This document shows positions 14,860 to 31,291 of a stretch of DNA of 64,000 bases, in pieces. Position 1 is the first letter of the stretch. Each line of letters begins with the position of its first letter. The DNA comes from Eledone cirrhosa. Lineage: Eukaryota. The position numbers and the translations under genes were made by a program. The DNA lies in assembly GCA_964016885.1 (NCBI GenBank), contig OZ024741.1, forward strand, positions 393,018,001-393,082,000, written 5' to 3'. The notes under the pieces were generated by a model. It did not search any database. It was not told the origin of the DNA and worked only from the letters and a program-made list of their open reading frames with translations.

Positions 14860-15500
14860 ATTTTGGCGATGTCTCCAACTAGAAAATAATTCTGTTTTAA
14901 GATTAATAGAGTTTTGACAGTTAATTATATAAAACATTTCCTCCATACACAAGTTACAGAATCTTGAGAAAGCCATATTTCGGTATGCAGGTGCTTTCGA
15001 AATCGTTCCCCAAGATATTGAATAGTCTATATTGTTGTCTTTTAAGTTCCAAATTAAATGTGAAAGTAAACTGGAAGATTTTTTATCGGATCTATTAAAT
15101 GTGTGTTTATGGTTATACCAGCGTTCTTTGAATTTTGTAGAAGTGGCACCAATATAGTTAAATACTTTGTCTCTAGTTTAAACTGTGCATTTATAAATTA
15201 TGTTTTTGTCTAAGCAATTATTTTGTAAAGGACAGTTGGATTTAATTCTACAGTTACAATTTCTGGAGTTGTTGTTCGGAACGGTACTATTATTCTGAAT
15301 ATTGTTGTTAGAAATATTATTATTGATATCTTGGTTAGTTTGGTTAGGGTTTAAATTTAAGTTGCTATTATTAATTCTATTTATATTTTGAGCTATGTTC
15401 ATAGTAGTAGAGTAGGATAGTTTTATAGTGTGTCTGTTAAAAATAGAGTGGTATCTGAAGTAATCTCTATTATACAAAACATTAAATTCAAAAGAAACCA
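14860..15500 (-). mobile_element. Penelope GIY-YIG endonuclease half
   Basis: IFNRHTIKLSYS...CNCRIKSNCPLQNNCL...YIGATSTKFKERWYNH...CNLCMEE. Confidence 0.85.
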
Positions 15501-15559
15501 ATTTATCGGCCAGGAGTACCTTAAAGGCCTCAAGAATAAAATCTAGAAAAAAACAAAGC

Positions 15560-16400
15560 GGATCCTGGTAAAATCTGACAAAACTTATATGGTATGGAAA
15601 AGGACGAATATAATAACCTTATATTGAAAGAACTCAGGAAAAACTACAAAATAACATCAAATGAAGATCTTTCAACGTTAAATAGGGAAGGTTCGGAAAT
15701 TATTTATAAATTAGGCATTCAAAATAGGACCGAACCCTTTATACCTAGAAAACCGGAGATTAACCTGAAGGACCACAAAAGAAATTTTGAAATTGAACTA
15801 CCAGTCAGACTCATAGTACCATCTAAATCGGACTTAGGCATAATTAGCAAGCATATATTAGATAGAATTATACCTCTACTTAAAGAAAAATCACACCTTA
15901 AACTATGGAACGGTACTAATGAAGTTATAGATTGGTTTAATAACATAAAATTAAAACATAACAAAAAATTCATTCAAATGGATATTGCAAATTACTACTC
16001 CTCTATTACCCCTAGCTTACTTAATAAGGCTCTTATCTACGCTTCTAAACATACAGACTTATCTAGTGAAGAAATGAATATAATTCTAACAGCACGTAAA
16101 ACCCTAATAGAATTTAATAAGCATCTCTGGACAAGAGCCGATAGAAAAACAATTTTGATATGACTATGGGATCATCTGACTCGGTGCAAGTAACGGACCT
16201 TGTTGGATTATTTATTAATAATGTACTGCATAGGAAAATGCCAGAGATGACCGGAGGTTTATATCGCGACGATATGTTACTTTTAATTGAAAACCATAGC
16301 AATAGTGAAATTAGTAGGAAAAGGAAATCCATAATACAATTTTTCAACAATTACAAACTTAATTTAGAAATCGAGAATAATTACAAAATCGTTATATATA
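15560..16400 (+). mobile_element. Penelope reverse transcriptase half
   Basis: LKDHKRNF...PVRLIVPSKSDLG...QMDIANYYSSI...MGSSDS...GLYRDDML. Confidence 0.9.
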
Positions 16401-16789
16401 TAAAATAAACATATGAAAGAATCACAGGGAAAAAAATAATACCAAATGCCGGGAATTTGTGTTAAGTTAGAAATTCAAAGAAATCAAATTCCTTCAAATT
16501 CAAATTAGTTAGTAATCCAAAGAAAATATATTCCTTCAAATTCAAATTAGTTAGTCTGGTCTATACCATTTTATCAGAATGAATATCGCTTCGTGTGGAC
16601 AGCGACTGAAGCAGTCAAGACGTGTGTTTCTTTGAAGCTAGATGTGAGAGTATATTCCACTTTTCTGCGTTACATAATCGGGATAATTTCCCCCATTAAT
16701 ATATGGGGTAGATTTTTCTAATATACTCCATTTAATGGAAAAAGGGTGTGCCTTTATTTTTTAAGGATACATACATGGTTTGCGAGCTG

Positions 16790-17540
16790 TGTGGCATGTT
16801 TTTTGTCATGATGTCTCATGGTTGTTCCATGGTTCAGGTACCGACTTTTGAACCGGATCCGACATGAGTTGAGGCTTCAGTTTGGTGGTCCTGGTTGGTG
16901 GAGGTCACTTCTGCTTGATATATCACCACCGGCGTGTTGCACTGGTGGTCAAATGGACATGTCTCTCGCTTTCTGCATGAGCACCAGTAAGGTGGGGTGA
17001 TTTTGCGTTTGCCGGTGATGTGGGTTTTAACGTTATTGGTACACGAGTAGCTTATTTTCACTGTATGGCGATTGAATAGCTGTCGGTATTTATGACCAAC
17101 ATGGAAATGGAGGACTAGGAGGGCTACGAATGTTCTACCTACATTGGTTTGCACATTAAATGCGAAAGGTAGCGTGAAACATATGACGTCTTTATGTCCA
17201 GGGTTTTTTTTTCTTTCTAGAACGGGGATCTGGAGAGTAAGTGATTTTTTTTCAGAGAAGACGCTGTTGTTTAGTGCTGAATTATAGTAGGGTGCTGCCA
17301 TATCAAAGATAGGGATACCCCCTTACTAATGTTATTGATAAGATTTTAAAAAATTATAGTAGTGTGGCTAGAGTCCTTATGAGTGTACCTAAGTGTCTCA
17401 GTGGGTTTGTGAAATGGTCTGTATGTGCATGTATGTAGGTCTAAATTAACGTCTAGGAAGTTAACATTGGTGAGGTTGGTGGATATAGTAATTATTAAGC
17501 CTAGGCTGTTGAAGGAAGTGATCAGGTTTTCTCGGAGTCA
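16790..17540 (-). mobile_element. Penelope RT/EN junction fragment
   Basis: AAPYYNSAL...LFNRHTVKISYSC...CSCRKRETCPF. Confidence 0.8.
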
Positions 17541-17667
17541 TATGGTTCGCACCACCTTTTGCACTTAATATGAAAAGCAATGTAGGTTAAAAAGATTCCA
17601 AGCTCTCCTATATATATATAAATATATAAGTATATATATATATATATATATAGTTTTAATATAGATG

Positions 17668-17718
17668 AGATTCTACAGGACTAGAACTGTTTCATTCTTT
17701 AGAAATCATCAGGAATCT
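17668..17718 (-). ncRNA. Type I hammerhead ribozyme (family C)
   Basis: Exact reverse complement of the motif at 27099-27149. Confidence 0.75.
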
Positions 17719-17974
17719 GGCTTTCCAAAATAAATAATCGTCTCTTTCTCCCTGTTTTCATATATATATATATATATTGAAGAGTTAAACAAAATTCAAT
17801 GAGAATATCAAAGAATGAGTTTTGCAGTAGATTGGAAGCACTCTACGAAAAATAATTTTCCAGAGTTATTAATATTAGAATATAAATATTAATAAAATAG
17901 ATGTTCTTTTGATTAAATCTTAACCATTTAACATCTCAGGGTATGTCATGTATCATTATATTTTGTCTGATGAG

Positions 17975-18164
17975 GGCGGTGAATTGGCAGTATCGGTAGA
18001 GGGTTGGACGCCATGCTTTGATGCATAGAGTTACGGCCCTAGCCATTCTGAGTTCAAATCCCGCCTAGGTTAACTTTGCCTTTCATCCTTACGGGGTCGA
18101 TAAAATAAAGTACCAGTAATGCACTGGGAAAATTGCCGGCCTTGTGCCAAAAGTAGAAACAATT
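17975..18164 (+). mobile_element. SINE family 1 inserted into a hammerhead-bearing pseudo-LTR
   Basis: Target-site duplication attatattttgtctgatgagggcg at 17955 and 18162. Confidence 0.9.
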
Positions 18165-18224
18165 ATATTTTGTCTGATGAGGGCGTACTGTTGTACATCC
18201 GAAATATGTATAATAAAATGTAAT
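18162..18224 (+). ncRNA. Hammerhead ribozyme (family A)
   Basis: attatattttgt-CTGATGA-GGGCGTAC TGTT GTACATCC-GAAA-TATGTATA-ataaaatgtaat. Confidence 0.75.
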
Positions 18225-18264
18225 TGATCAAAAGAACATCTATTTTATTAATATTTATATTCTA

Positions 18265-18527
18265 AAACTTGTTCATATGTAACCCATTTGCAACGCCGCA
18301 GCTCCCTTATTATCATATTTACACATATATTTTTTCCTCTGCTGCTACCTGTCTGTTTCGTTCTTTGTATCTTTACCCTTTCTAGCAGTCTCTCTCTCTC
18401 TCTCTGTTAGCCTCTTCCTCACCTTTCACTCACTCATTCTCTGTCACTACCTCTCCTCCTCCCCTTTCTTCCCGTTTGACCTGTCCGTAATCCTTTTCTC
18501 GCGCGCTCTTGGCCAAGCCGGTATGAA

Positions 18528-18618
<91 letters not shown>

Positions 18619-19045
18619 TCTCTCTCTCTCTCTCGCTCTCTCTCTCGTCTGCGACTTCACAGAACTTATGTTTACCGAATTCGCAGACCAGACCCCTTCT
18701 TCCTCCCGTTAGACCTGTGCGAAATTCCTTCCTTGCTCACATTTCAACCAGGTTTGATGGTCTTTATTCTCTCGTTCACGATTCCACCGAATTTATATTC
18801 ATAGAAATCTGGGACTTGTTTCTTTCTTCTTCGTCACTTTCTGTTGCTTAAACCATTTTGTTTGTTTACCCTAGCGTCCCCTTTATTTACGTGTCCCAAC
18901 GACTTTTTTTAGCCGTTGCTCGCACCAACCTGAGGTATATGGCCTTTAAAGCGAGGAAATGCCTACGACGGTTGGAAGGCCACTGATAAAGGACAAACTT
19001 TTTCATATGTAACCCATTTGCAACGCCGCAGCTCCCTTATTATCA

Positions 19046-19050
<5 letters not shown>
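18265..19050. mobile_element. Non-coding element with about 55-bp terminal direct repeat, related to 2437-3057
   Basis: aaactt.ttcatatgtaacccatttgcaacgccgcagctcccttattatcatattt at both ends; internal (CT)n. Confidence 0.6.
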
Positions 19051-19083
<33 letters not shown>

Positions 19084-19206
19084 AAATTAAGATAAATCAA
19101 AGTGAATTTAATCTAAATCAAAATTATGGGTGTCATGCCAGAAAGGCATGCGCCATATCACCCGTAAAATAAGCTCCAAGATTCTAAGGAATAGTTCCGA
19201 GCATTT

Positions 19207-19503
19207 TATAACAACTAGAAATTGATTAACATATAAATAAACATATGAAACAATCACAGGAGATAATTTTTACAAGTGTGTAAGCACATATAGCTAGGTA
19301 GGTAACTAAATAAAGTTAACTAGAACATCAAAAATAGATACCTTAAAATATGATAAATCATATTATAAGGTATCTATTTTTGAAGTTCCAGTTAACTTTA
19401 TTTAGTTACCTACCTAGCTATCTGTGCTTACACACTTGTAAAAATTATCTCCTGTGATTGTTTCATATGTTTATTTATATGTTAATCAATTTCTAGTTGT
19501 TAT
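19207..19503. repeat. About 300-bp near-perfect palindrome
   Basis: Arms 19207-19350 and 19360-19503 are reverse complements with few mismatches. Confidence 0.9.
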
Positions 19504-19519
19504 ATATATATATATATAT

Positions 19520-20203
19520 GGCATACGTTAAGACGGGCGTTCTGGAAAGTGAAAGTAAATTTATTTTCATTTTCGAACGTCGTGTTTACATTTTGTGTGT
19601 GTGTTTAGGTCTAAATGAGTGTCGTTTTAACTGATTATATATATATGTATATGTGTGTGAGTGTGTAGTTGACGGTTGAGAGAAGAGTACTCAATACCGA
19701 AGTAATGTTGTAATGAGGCTTGCAGAATGGTGAGTCCGCCATTCTAGACGCTGCTGCCTTGCAGAAGTCCCAAATCGAAGCTCTGACACTCTCGTCCCCA
19801 TCATTCAGCAGGGATTTTGCCAGGCAGCCGCATCATCTCCGATGGTTGGGCTTCCTATTTGGAAATTGAAGGTGGGATTTACGTTCATGATCTTGTGGTG
19901 CACGAACGGAACTTTGCAGATCCTGCGAACCTTGATGTGCACACACAGATCATAAAGAACACATGGAGCCGTGCAAAAAAGAAGCTTCGTCGCTAGCATG
20001 TGCAAGCCTCATTACAAGATTACTTCGGTATTGAGTACTCTTCTCTCAACCGTCAACTACACACACACACACATATACATATATATATAATCAGTTAAAA
20101 CGACACTCATTTAGATCTAAACACACACAGAAAATGTAAACACGACGTTTGAAAATGAAAATAAATTTACTTTCACTTTCCCGAACGCCCGTCTTAACGT
20201 ATG

Positions 20204-20205
<2 letters not shown>
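19520..20205 (+). mobile_element. Merlin-superfamily (IS1595/ISXO2-like) DNA transposon, internally deleted, with about 205-bp TIRs
   Basis: TIRs GGCATACGTTAAGACGGGCG...(19520-19724 / 20001-20205). Internal frames give EVPNRSSDTLVPIIQQ / ILPGSRIISDGWASY...HDLVVHERNFADPANLDVHTQIIKNTW. Sits in (TA)n. Confidence 0.88.
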
Positions 20206-20251
<46 letters not shown>

Positions 20252-20276
20252 TGTAATAAACAACATAAGGCAATTA

Positions 20277-20337
20277 TTTCATTTACCAGTGGTTTCTTAA
20301 AAGCAAACAAATTTTGTTTTCAATCATCAGAATGAAA
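20277..20337 (-). ncRNA. Type I hammerhead ribozyme (family D)
   Basis: Reverse complement of 24284-24343, with one extra nucleotide. Confidence 0.75.
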
Positions 20338-20444
20338 AAATCCCGGTGTATTTATTGCCATTGGATTTTAAAAACAAAAATATAATCTATATGAAAATGA
20401 GGCTTGAAAAGGAAGATGGAAAGGAAAAATAAACACACATGCAA

Positions 20445-22545
<2,101 letters not shown>

Positions 22546-24283
22546 TAAATATATAAAAATAAAAAAATTGGGTATGTGAAGGGTAAGGCAGAAAGTAGGG
22601 GGGAAAAAGGGAAATAAATGACATAGGAAAAGGTTTAAATATAAGGGGAGATAAGGGAGAAAGTTAATACGAGAGTACAGAACGTGGATTCAGCAGGTAA
22701 AAAAAAACTAAAAAAAAACTGTAGTGGAAGTAAAGAGCAGGAAAGGAGTTCAAGGTGATTCAGTTATCGTAGGAATGTCAATCCAGTTACAGATCAGATG
22801 TGATTTCAAGTGAGGACAACATCTGAAGATCTCGGTCTTTGAGTTCAGGCAAGCAGAAGTGGCTTTCAAGTTTTGTAAAATCCTATATTTTTCCGTGGTA
22901 CACAAAGAACAATTCTTTGTGCCCCTTTAGTACTCCCTCAAATGGTCTAAAATAGACCAATCGATAGAGTACGGGATGTTTTTATCCTTGAATTTCCACA
23001 CCTTACTTGCGAGGGCCGTTGCTGTTCTTTTATCGGAGTGCTTAAAAGAAGCGACATGTACATAAAACCTGGTTTTAAACCTGTCCTGGGTCATGCCAAC
23101 ATATCGCTCACTTTGGCTGGCTGGTTGTTGATTAAAGGTGTTACTTTGGCCTCATAAACAACGGATTTGGTGTTACATTTGCCCTGTAATGGGCATTCAT
23201 CCGGCTTCCTGCAACTGCATCCTGGATTTGTTCTCGTACGATTTTAATTAGTGATCTTAGACTTCATTGATGGGCAACAAGAGTAACTGATCTTAACTAC
23301 ATCTTATAATATCTATGATTAGGAGGAAAATGTTTATCTAAGAGGTCAAGGAATTTCCTTCCTACATTAGTTTTGACAGTTAGAGAGAAGGGGGGTGTAA
23401 ACCAAATAATTTTCCTTTTCCTATTATTGTGGTTAGTTTTAGGGGGGGGGGGGTAGGTAAATAATTAATTTGTTCTGTAAATCCGCTGTTATTAAGGGCT
23501 TTATTATAATAAGGGACGGCTTTATTAAAAATGTCTAGAGACGAAGATAAGGTAGAAATCCTACGGCTAATGTTGGGAATAAGATTTTTTAAAACTATAG
23601 GGGGATGGCAAGACTCTTTGTGTATATATCTAAGATTTTCATTAGGTTTATGATAAGGTTTAAAAGAGGCGGTAAGTAGATCAAGATTAATGTCAAGAAA
23701 GTTAGCATTGGTAAGGTTCATATCTATAGTAATTTTAAGGTTAAGATTAGCAAAAGTATTGATTAAATCTTTACGGAATTTATCAAGGTTATGGCCGTTG
23801 GTGGTATGAGAAACTGCCAATCCGTCATCACGGTAGAAACCGATATTATGGGAAGGAAATTTCTCTTTGAGGCTGTGGAGAAGGAATAATCCTACTAAGT
23901 CACACACATCCGCACTGTCATATGAACCCATTGCAACATCAACAGAGTTTTCAGGGTTTGACTTTTTAACCCAAATACTTTCATTAGTAAAGAGTAAAGT
24001 TTTTCTAGCATGAAAGATAATGTCTTCTTCTAATTTAGAAATATTAATGAAAGGTCTTGCAAACTCTAAGGCATTAGTTAATAATGAAACAGTAATAGAG
24101 GGGTAAAAAACAACAATATCAAATTGGGTAAATCTACACTTATTTTTACCTTGTATATAATTGTGTGTGTGTGTGTTTTCATGTGTGTTTATTTTTCCTT
24201 TCCTTCTTCCTTTTCCAGCCTCACTTTCATATAGATTATATTTTTGTTTTTAAAATCCAATGCCAATAAATACACCGGGATTT

Positions 24284-24343
24284 TTTCATTCTGATGATTG
24301 AAACAAAATTTGTTTGCTTTTAAGAAACCACTGGTAAATGAAA
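24284..24343 (+). ncRNA. Type I hammerhead ribozyme (family D)
   Basis: tttcatt-CTGATGA-TTGAAA...TTTTAA-GAAA-CC act GG TA|aatgaaa: 7-bp stem I, GUA triplet. Confidence 0.8.
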
Positions 24344-24439
24344 TAATTGCCTTATGTTGTTTATTACATAACTATTAAGCTCTGTTACCTACATAGAGCA
24401 CTCTTTTTTCCTGGACTTTTCCGACTGAATTACTTCATT

Positions 24440-24527
<88 letters not shown>

Positions 24528-24629
24528 TATATATTAAATTGTTAAACAATATTCAATAATTATGTCAAAGAATGAGTTTTACAGTAGATTGGAAGCACTC
24601 AACGGCTAAATAATTTTCTGGAGTTATTA

Positions 24630-24940
24630 ATATTAAAATATAAGTATTAATAAAATAGATGTTCTTTTGATCAATTACATTTTATTATACATATTTCGGA
24701 TGTACAACAGTACGTCCTCATCAGACAAAATATAATGATACATGACATACCCTGAGATGTTAAATGGTTAATTGATTAAATGGTTAATTGATTAAATCTT
24801 AACCATTTAACATCTCAGGGTATGCCATGTATCATTATATTTTGTCTGATGAGGACGTACTGTTGTACATCCGAAATATGTATAATAAAATGTAATTGAT
24901 CAAAAGAACATCTATCTTATTAATACTTATATTTTAATAT
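24630..24940. repeat. Inverted pseudo-LTR pair carrying two family A hammerheads (24674-24736 minus, 24834-24896 plus)
   Basis: Arms are reverse complements and both contain intact CTGATGA...GAAA cores. Confidence 0.85.
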
Positions 24941-24984
24941 TATATGCATATATATGTGTATGTATATGTATATATATATATATA

Positions 24985-25083
<99 letters not shown>

Positions 25084-25146
25084 GTATATATGTGTATATA
25101 TATATATATATGTGTGTGTATGTATGTATATATATATATATATGCG

Positions 25147-25191
<45 letters not shown>

Positions 25192-25194
25192 ATA

Positions 25195-25269
<75 letters not shown>

Positions 25270-25500
25270 AATATATATATATATATGTATATATGTGTAT
25301 ATATATATGTATGTATTTGTGTATGTTTGTATATGTATATATATATATATATGTGTGTATGTGTATATATGTATATATATATGTACACATGTATGTATGT
25401 GTGTATGTATATGTATGTATATCTGTGTGTATATGTATGTGTGTATGTATGTGTGTGTGTATGTATGTATATAAATATATATGTGTGTATGTGTGTGTAC

Positions 25501-25564
<64 letters not shown>

Positions 25565-25621
25565 GTATATATGTGTATATGTGTGTATATTTATATATAT
25601 ATATATTTATATATATATATA

Positions 25622-25675
<54 letters not shown>

Positions 25676-26087
25676 CATATACCGGGAGAGATGACCCCTT
25701 AGCCTTTGTCAAGGCAAAATTCTAGGAGAAGGAAAACTCTGATATAACACCTGCAACCCTGATGGTATCCAATGATGTTGACTTGTTCTTCTTTTTGGTA
25801 AATATCATCTTGGTTAAGAGAGTGGGACTGGCTTTGTGCAGTGCCTTTGCTCACTATAAAAGCTTCACGGCACAGGCATTGCTTTATATCTGGAGATCTC
25901 TCTACACTTGTCACATGGTACCATGGGCCCAGCACTATGTGTCGATAATTGTCACATGTGTAGTGTTTGTACCAGAGTTTTCAAGTCGCTGGCTGGACTA
26001 AAAAGTCACACTTGTTCAGCACATCGGTAGGGGTTCTCCTACACGGATATAAAGTAGTGGCCGTACTTGAAAACGAGTTGGCAGCCA

Positions 26088-26154
<67 letters not shown>

Positions 26155-26170
26155 CGTATATATATGTGTG

Positions 26171-26256
<86 letters not shown>

Positions 26257-26514
26257 GTGAGGTTTTTTTTACAAAATGAAAAATAACCGAGGTGCCCTAC
26301 ACGAGTGGAAGTATAAAGAAAAAGGGATGAAATCGAAAATGCAACTGAAGTCTTATTTAAAAAAAAATAAGACTTCAGTTGCATTTTCGATTTCATCCCT
26401 TTTTCTTTATATATATATATATATATTTGTGTATGTGTATTTATGTATTTTGTATATGTGTATATATGTGTATATCTGTAGATGTGTTTGTATATGTTTG
26501 TATATGTGTATATT

Positions 26515-26666
<152 letters not shown>

Positions 26667-27098
26667 TGTCTGTTAACACCTGGAATATAGCTTAAGAGAA
26701 ATATGACAATAATGATAGACACCCAATATTTTGAACTGGTCTATAGAATTCTCTTGGCCTTTGTCACTCGAAGTAGAGCTTTAAAGAATTAGCTTTTAAA
26801 GAATTTCCCTTTTCTTTAAGTCCATCAACCATGACCGACCCCCGACCATCTTATAGACACCTGAAATATAGGCATTGTTAGCTTAAGAGAAACTTAAAAA
26901 TAAGGAGTAGCACCCCATTCTGAACCTGTTTATAGAATTCTTTCTGCCTTTGTCACTCTAAATATAAATTATAGCCTTAAAGAATTAGCTTTTAATGAAT
27001 TCCCTTTTCTTTCAACCAATGACCTCCACCCATCCCACTCTCCACCCTCTCCTACCACCTGAAAAGATATAATACCACAACATTTATTTTGGAAAGCC

Positions 27099-27149
27099 AG
27101 ATTCCTGATGATTTCTAAAGAATGAAACAGTTCTAGTCCTGTAGAATCT
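27099..27149 (+). ncRNA. Type I hammerhead ribozyme (family C)
   Basis: AGATTC-CTGATGA-TTTC TAAA GAAT-GAAA-CAG ttctagtc CTG TA|GAATCT; stems I and III pair perfectly; GUA triplet. Confidence 0.8.
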
Positions 27150-27237
27150 CATCTATATTAAAACTTTTATACTCTGCTATGATATTGAGTACCTTACTTA
27201 CTGTGGTTACTTCCGATTCAACCCGGAATAACTTACC

Positions 27238-27268
<31 letters not shown>

Positions 27269-27313
27269 ATGGTTGAGTGAGATTAGGCAGTGTGCCCTGT
27301 AGATTTTGTATAT

Positions 27314-28130
<817 letters not shown>

Positions 28131-28139
28131 AATAAAAAA

Positions 28140-28228
28140 AAAGATAGATGGCATGACAGGTTTTGACTATTGGGGTCGACTAGAAAAGCTCAAACTTTAT
28201 TTTCTCCAAAGTCGTCGTGAGCGCTACG
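28140..28228 (+). mobile_element. CR1-clade LINE C-terminal fragment
   Basis: IDGMTGFDYWGRLEKLKLYFLQSRRERY. Confidence 0.65.
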
Positions 28229-28293
28229 CCAGGTGGTGCTATTAAGTTAGACGTGGCCTGGGCCAATGCTGGCCGAAACCTATAAAAGTTATG

Positions 28294-28355
<62 letters not shown>

Positions 28356-28363
28356 CATATATA

Positions 28364-28660
28364 TTATAAAGAACGAGGATTCAGTGCTGCATCATATCAT
28401 ATTTATTAACAATGTTTCTCTATCGATCAGCTCGAGGCAAGATCTATAACAGATCGAACCTGATTCTGTAATCAAAAGTTCTTCAGATATATTTGGCATA
28501 TGAGATCGTCTCCGATTTTGTTTGTTCAAACACGTCAGCTGTTATTTATCTACAGCACATATTAGCATCCTGTTACTTCGAGCTGATCGCCAGAGAAACA
28601 TATGTAACATGTTAATAAATATGATATGATACAACACTGAATCCTCGTTCTTTATAATAT
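28364..28660. repeat. Inverted repeat with arms of about 75 bp
   Basis: tattataaagaacgaggattcagtg... / ...cactgaatcctcgttctttataata. Confidence 0.8.
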
Positions 28661-28729
28661 TATACTCTGCTCTGCACGAGCATCGAGTGCATACCGCCTA
28701 CGGACGCATTTATCTTGCAACCTTACAAC

Positions 28730-28803
<74 letters not shown>

Positions 28804-28810
28804 TGTGTGT

Positions 28811-28867
<57 letters not shown>

Positions 28868-29124
28868 AACATCTCTGTCTGATGACCGACCCAGACGTAT
28901 AATATTTTTGTCTGGCCTTTCACTCCCAGGTTTTTAAAAATATTGAAAAAATATCGTTAACTCTGCTGAGTCCCTCCGCCCTTTGCCGGGTCCTGTATTT
29001 CATCCAGCAGGGTGTCCAAATATCACCCACCTCACCAAGCTAGGTTTGTGGGGTTGCCGGTTTAGTCACCGACGATCCGACCATGAGAGGGGTTGTACTG
29101 GGTTACATGTTACCAGTAAAATTT

Positions 29125-29625
29125 AAAAAAACAGTAGAAAATGCTAGAGGGATTTTCTCTCAGAATAACATCAAAACATTTATTTACAAAATAGAAATTT
29201 CCGCATTTAATTGTACCGGTTTCAGCTTATACGTTTTTTCAACGACGGAAGTGTATAATGCAATTAAATTGCATATTAATAAGAATAATAAGAATGTGGG
29301 GGAAAAAAGTTCATTTAAAGCTGTTGGCCAACAGATTAGACTGCTGCCACCACTGTTGGTAAGGCTAAGGTCAACACTAAGAGAAAAAGAAAGAAAAATG
29401 TGGACTCTTCTCCCTAAATATGTATGTAAAAACAAACATTTTTTCCCTTATATTCTTATTATTCTTATTAATATGCAATTTAATTGCATTATACACTTCC
29501 GCCGTTGAAAAAGCATATAAAGCTGAAACCGGTACAATTAAATGCGGAAATTCCTATTTTGTAAATAAATGTTTTGATGTTATTCTGACAGAAAGTCCCT
29601 CTAGCATTTTCTACTGTTTTTTTTC
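29125..29625. repeat. Inverted repeat with arms of about 170 bp and a degenerate hammerhead-like core
   Basis: 29125-29295 versus 29452-29622; gTTGAAAA-AGC..GCT-GAAACCGGTA. Confidence 0.8.
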
Positions 29626-30738
29626 TTTTTTACTATTTTATGTATATATATCAACTGGCGTGTCACTTCTCTACATTCCATATATACAGAGAGAGAGAGA
29701 ATATATATAGAGAGCGAATATATATATAGAGAGAGAATATATAGAGAGAGAGAGAATGTTTAAACAGGTAATTAAAATCCTAGTCTTCAGAACATAGATA
29801 CACAACTATTGCCAGTGTCAGTGACATCATATAGAAAATCAGGAGTTACAAAAGGATGTTATACTACAGAAAACGCAGTATAAGGAGCAATAGTGAAAAG
29901 TGAAAAATTGAGCATATTATGTATAAAAAGATATTGTTTAAGGTACATGTGCAAAAGATACAATAAAAAAAGATGTAAGATAAGATAGATAAAAGATATC
30001 ATAGCATTGGAAATCAGGTAATGTTAAGGGTAGATAATGCAAAAGTTAATAAAATTAATAAAAGCATGCATGAGGTAAGAGTTGTATAATAAATAAAACA
30101 AACATATTTCATATAGAATGTAAAAGCATGTTAAAAGTGTTAGAAATGTTTAAAAAAATGTTTAATGGCATGCAATATGGTAGAGAGATATATGGGGATA
30201 AAATGGATAGATGTTATGTGAAATATAATGCAAAAAAACGTGATTAAATTAGATATGTTATTGTCATTCAAGAATTTTTATATTGGAGTTCGTATATAGA
30301 TGTATATATTGGGTGTAACACACATGTATTATCCATGGAAATCTCTTAATTTTAGATGTAATATTTTTGAGATGTTTATAGTTTTAAAATATGTGTTTGG
30401 TAAAGATAAATTCCACTGTATTACTGGTCATGTTATTATAGGAAATATATTATACAATGCATTCCTATCTTTAAATTTTCTATTAAGAAATACTAGAGTT
30501 TGTTTTATGTGCGAGTTCTATTAATAGTTATTAGGCAGAGTCGGAAGGTTGAGAAGTCGTTAAATTGTTTTAACGTTATGAATTAAAAAAATAAAGGAAA
30601 CGATATTCTCAAGAGGAGTTAATAACAAGGGGGGGGGGGGTTAATTAAGGAAGTAATTACAGTTGATAATAAAATAAGGGTTGTTTTATTATTGTAAATA
30701 AATTTTATTATCTATTGAAAGTTATCTTTCATTAAATA

Positions 30739-31100
30739 GTGATATATCTTGACTTTGCGAAGGCCTTTGACAAGGTCGACCACGGAATGATATGTCACAA
30801 ACTACACAAACTCAGCATAACTGGAAAAGTAGGTGAGTGGCTGCATGATTTCTTAAAAGACAGAAACAAGACAGTTGCAGCCAATGGGGGCCTCTCAAAG
30901 GAAACTTCAATAACAAGTGGGGTGCCCCAGGGCACAGTCTAGTGATTACTACTGTTTTTGGTGGATCTCTCAGACATGCCATCTGTAGTACTTACAACAT
31001 CCCTCACTAGCTATGCTGATGACACTAAGATAGCACAGGCAATCAAAAACCTAGCTGATGCTGCTCTTTTACAACAAGATCTGGATGCCATATACAAATG
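30739..31100 (+). mobile_element. CR1-clade RT fragment
   Basis: IYLDFAKAFDKVDH, SGVPQG, YADDTK, LQQDLDAIYKW. Confidence 0.88.
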
Positions 31101-31104
31101 GGAT

Positions 31105-31291
31105 AGGTTATTGGCAGTATTGGTAGAGGGTCGGACGCCATGCTTTGATGCATAGAGTTACGGCCCTTGCCATTCTGAGTTCAAATCCCGCCGAGGTTAA
31201 CTTTGCCTTTCATCCTTACGAGGTCGATAAAATAAAGTACCAGTAATACACTGAGTAATTTCTGGCCTTGTGCCTAACGTAGAAACAATTA
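31105..31291 (+). mobile_element. SINE family 1
   Basis: Same sequence as 6297-6484. Confidence 0.85.

Noticed and set aside
19725-20000. Bacterial IS1595 contamination or recent horizontal transfer
   Set aside because: Frameshifted, embedded in host microsatellites, and fully explained by the eukaryotic Merlin superfamily.
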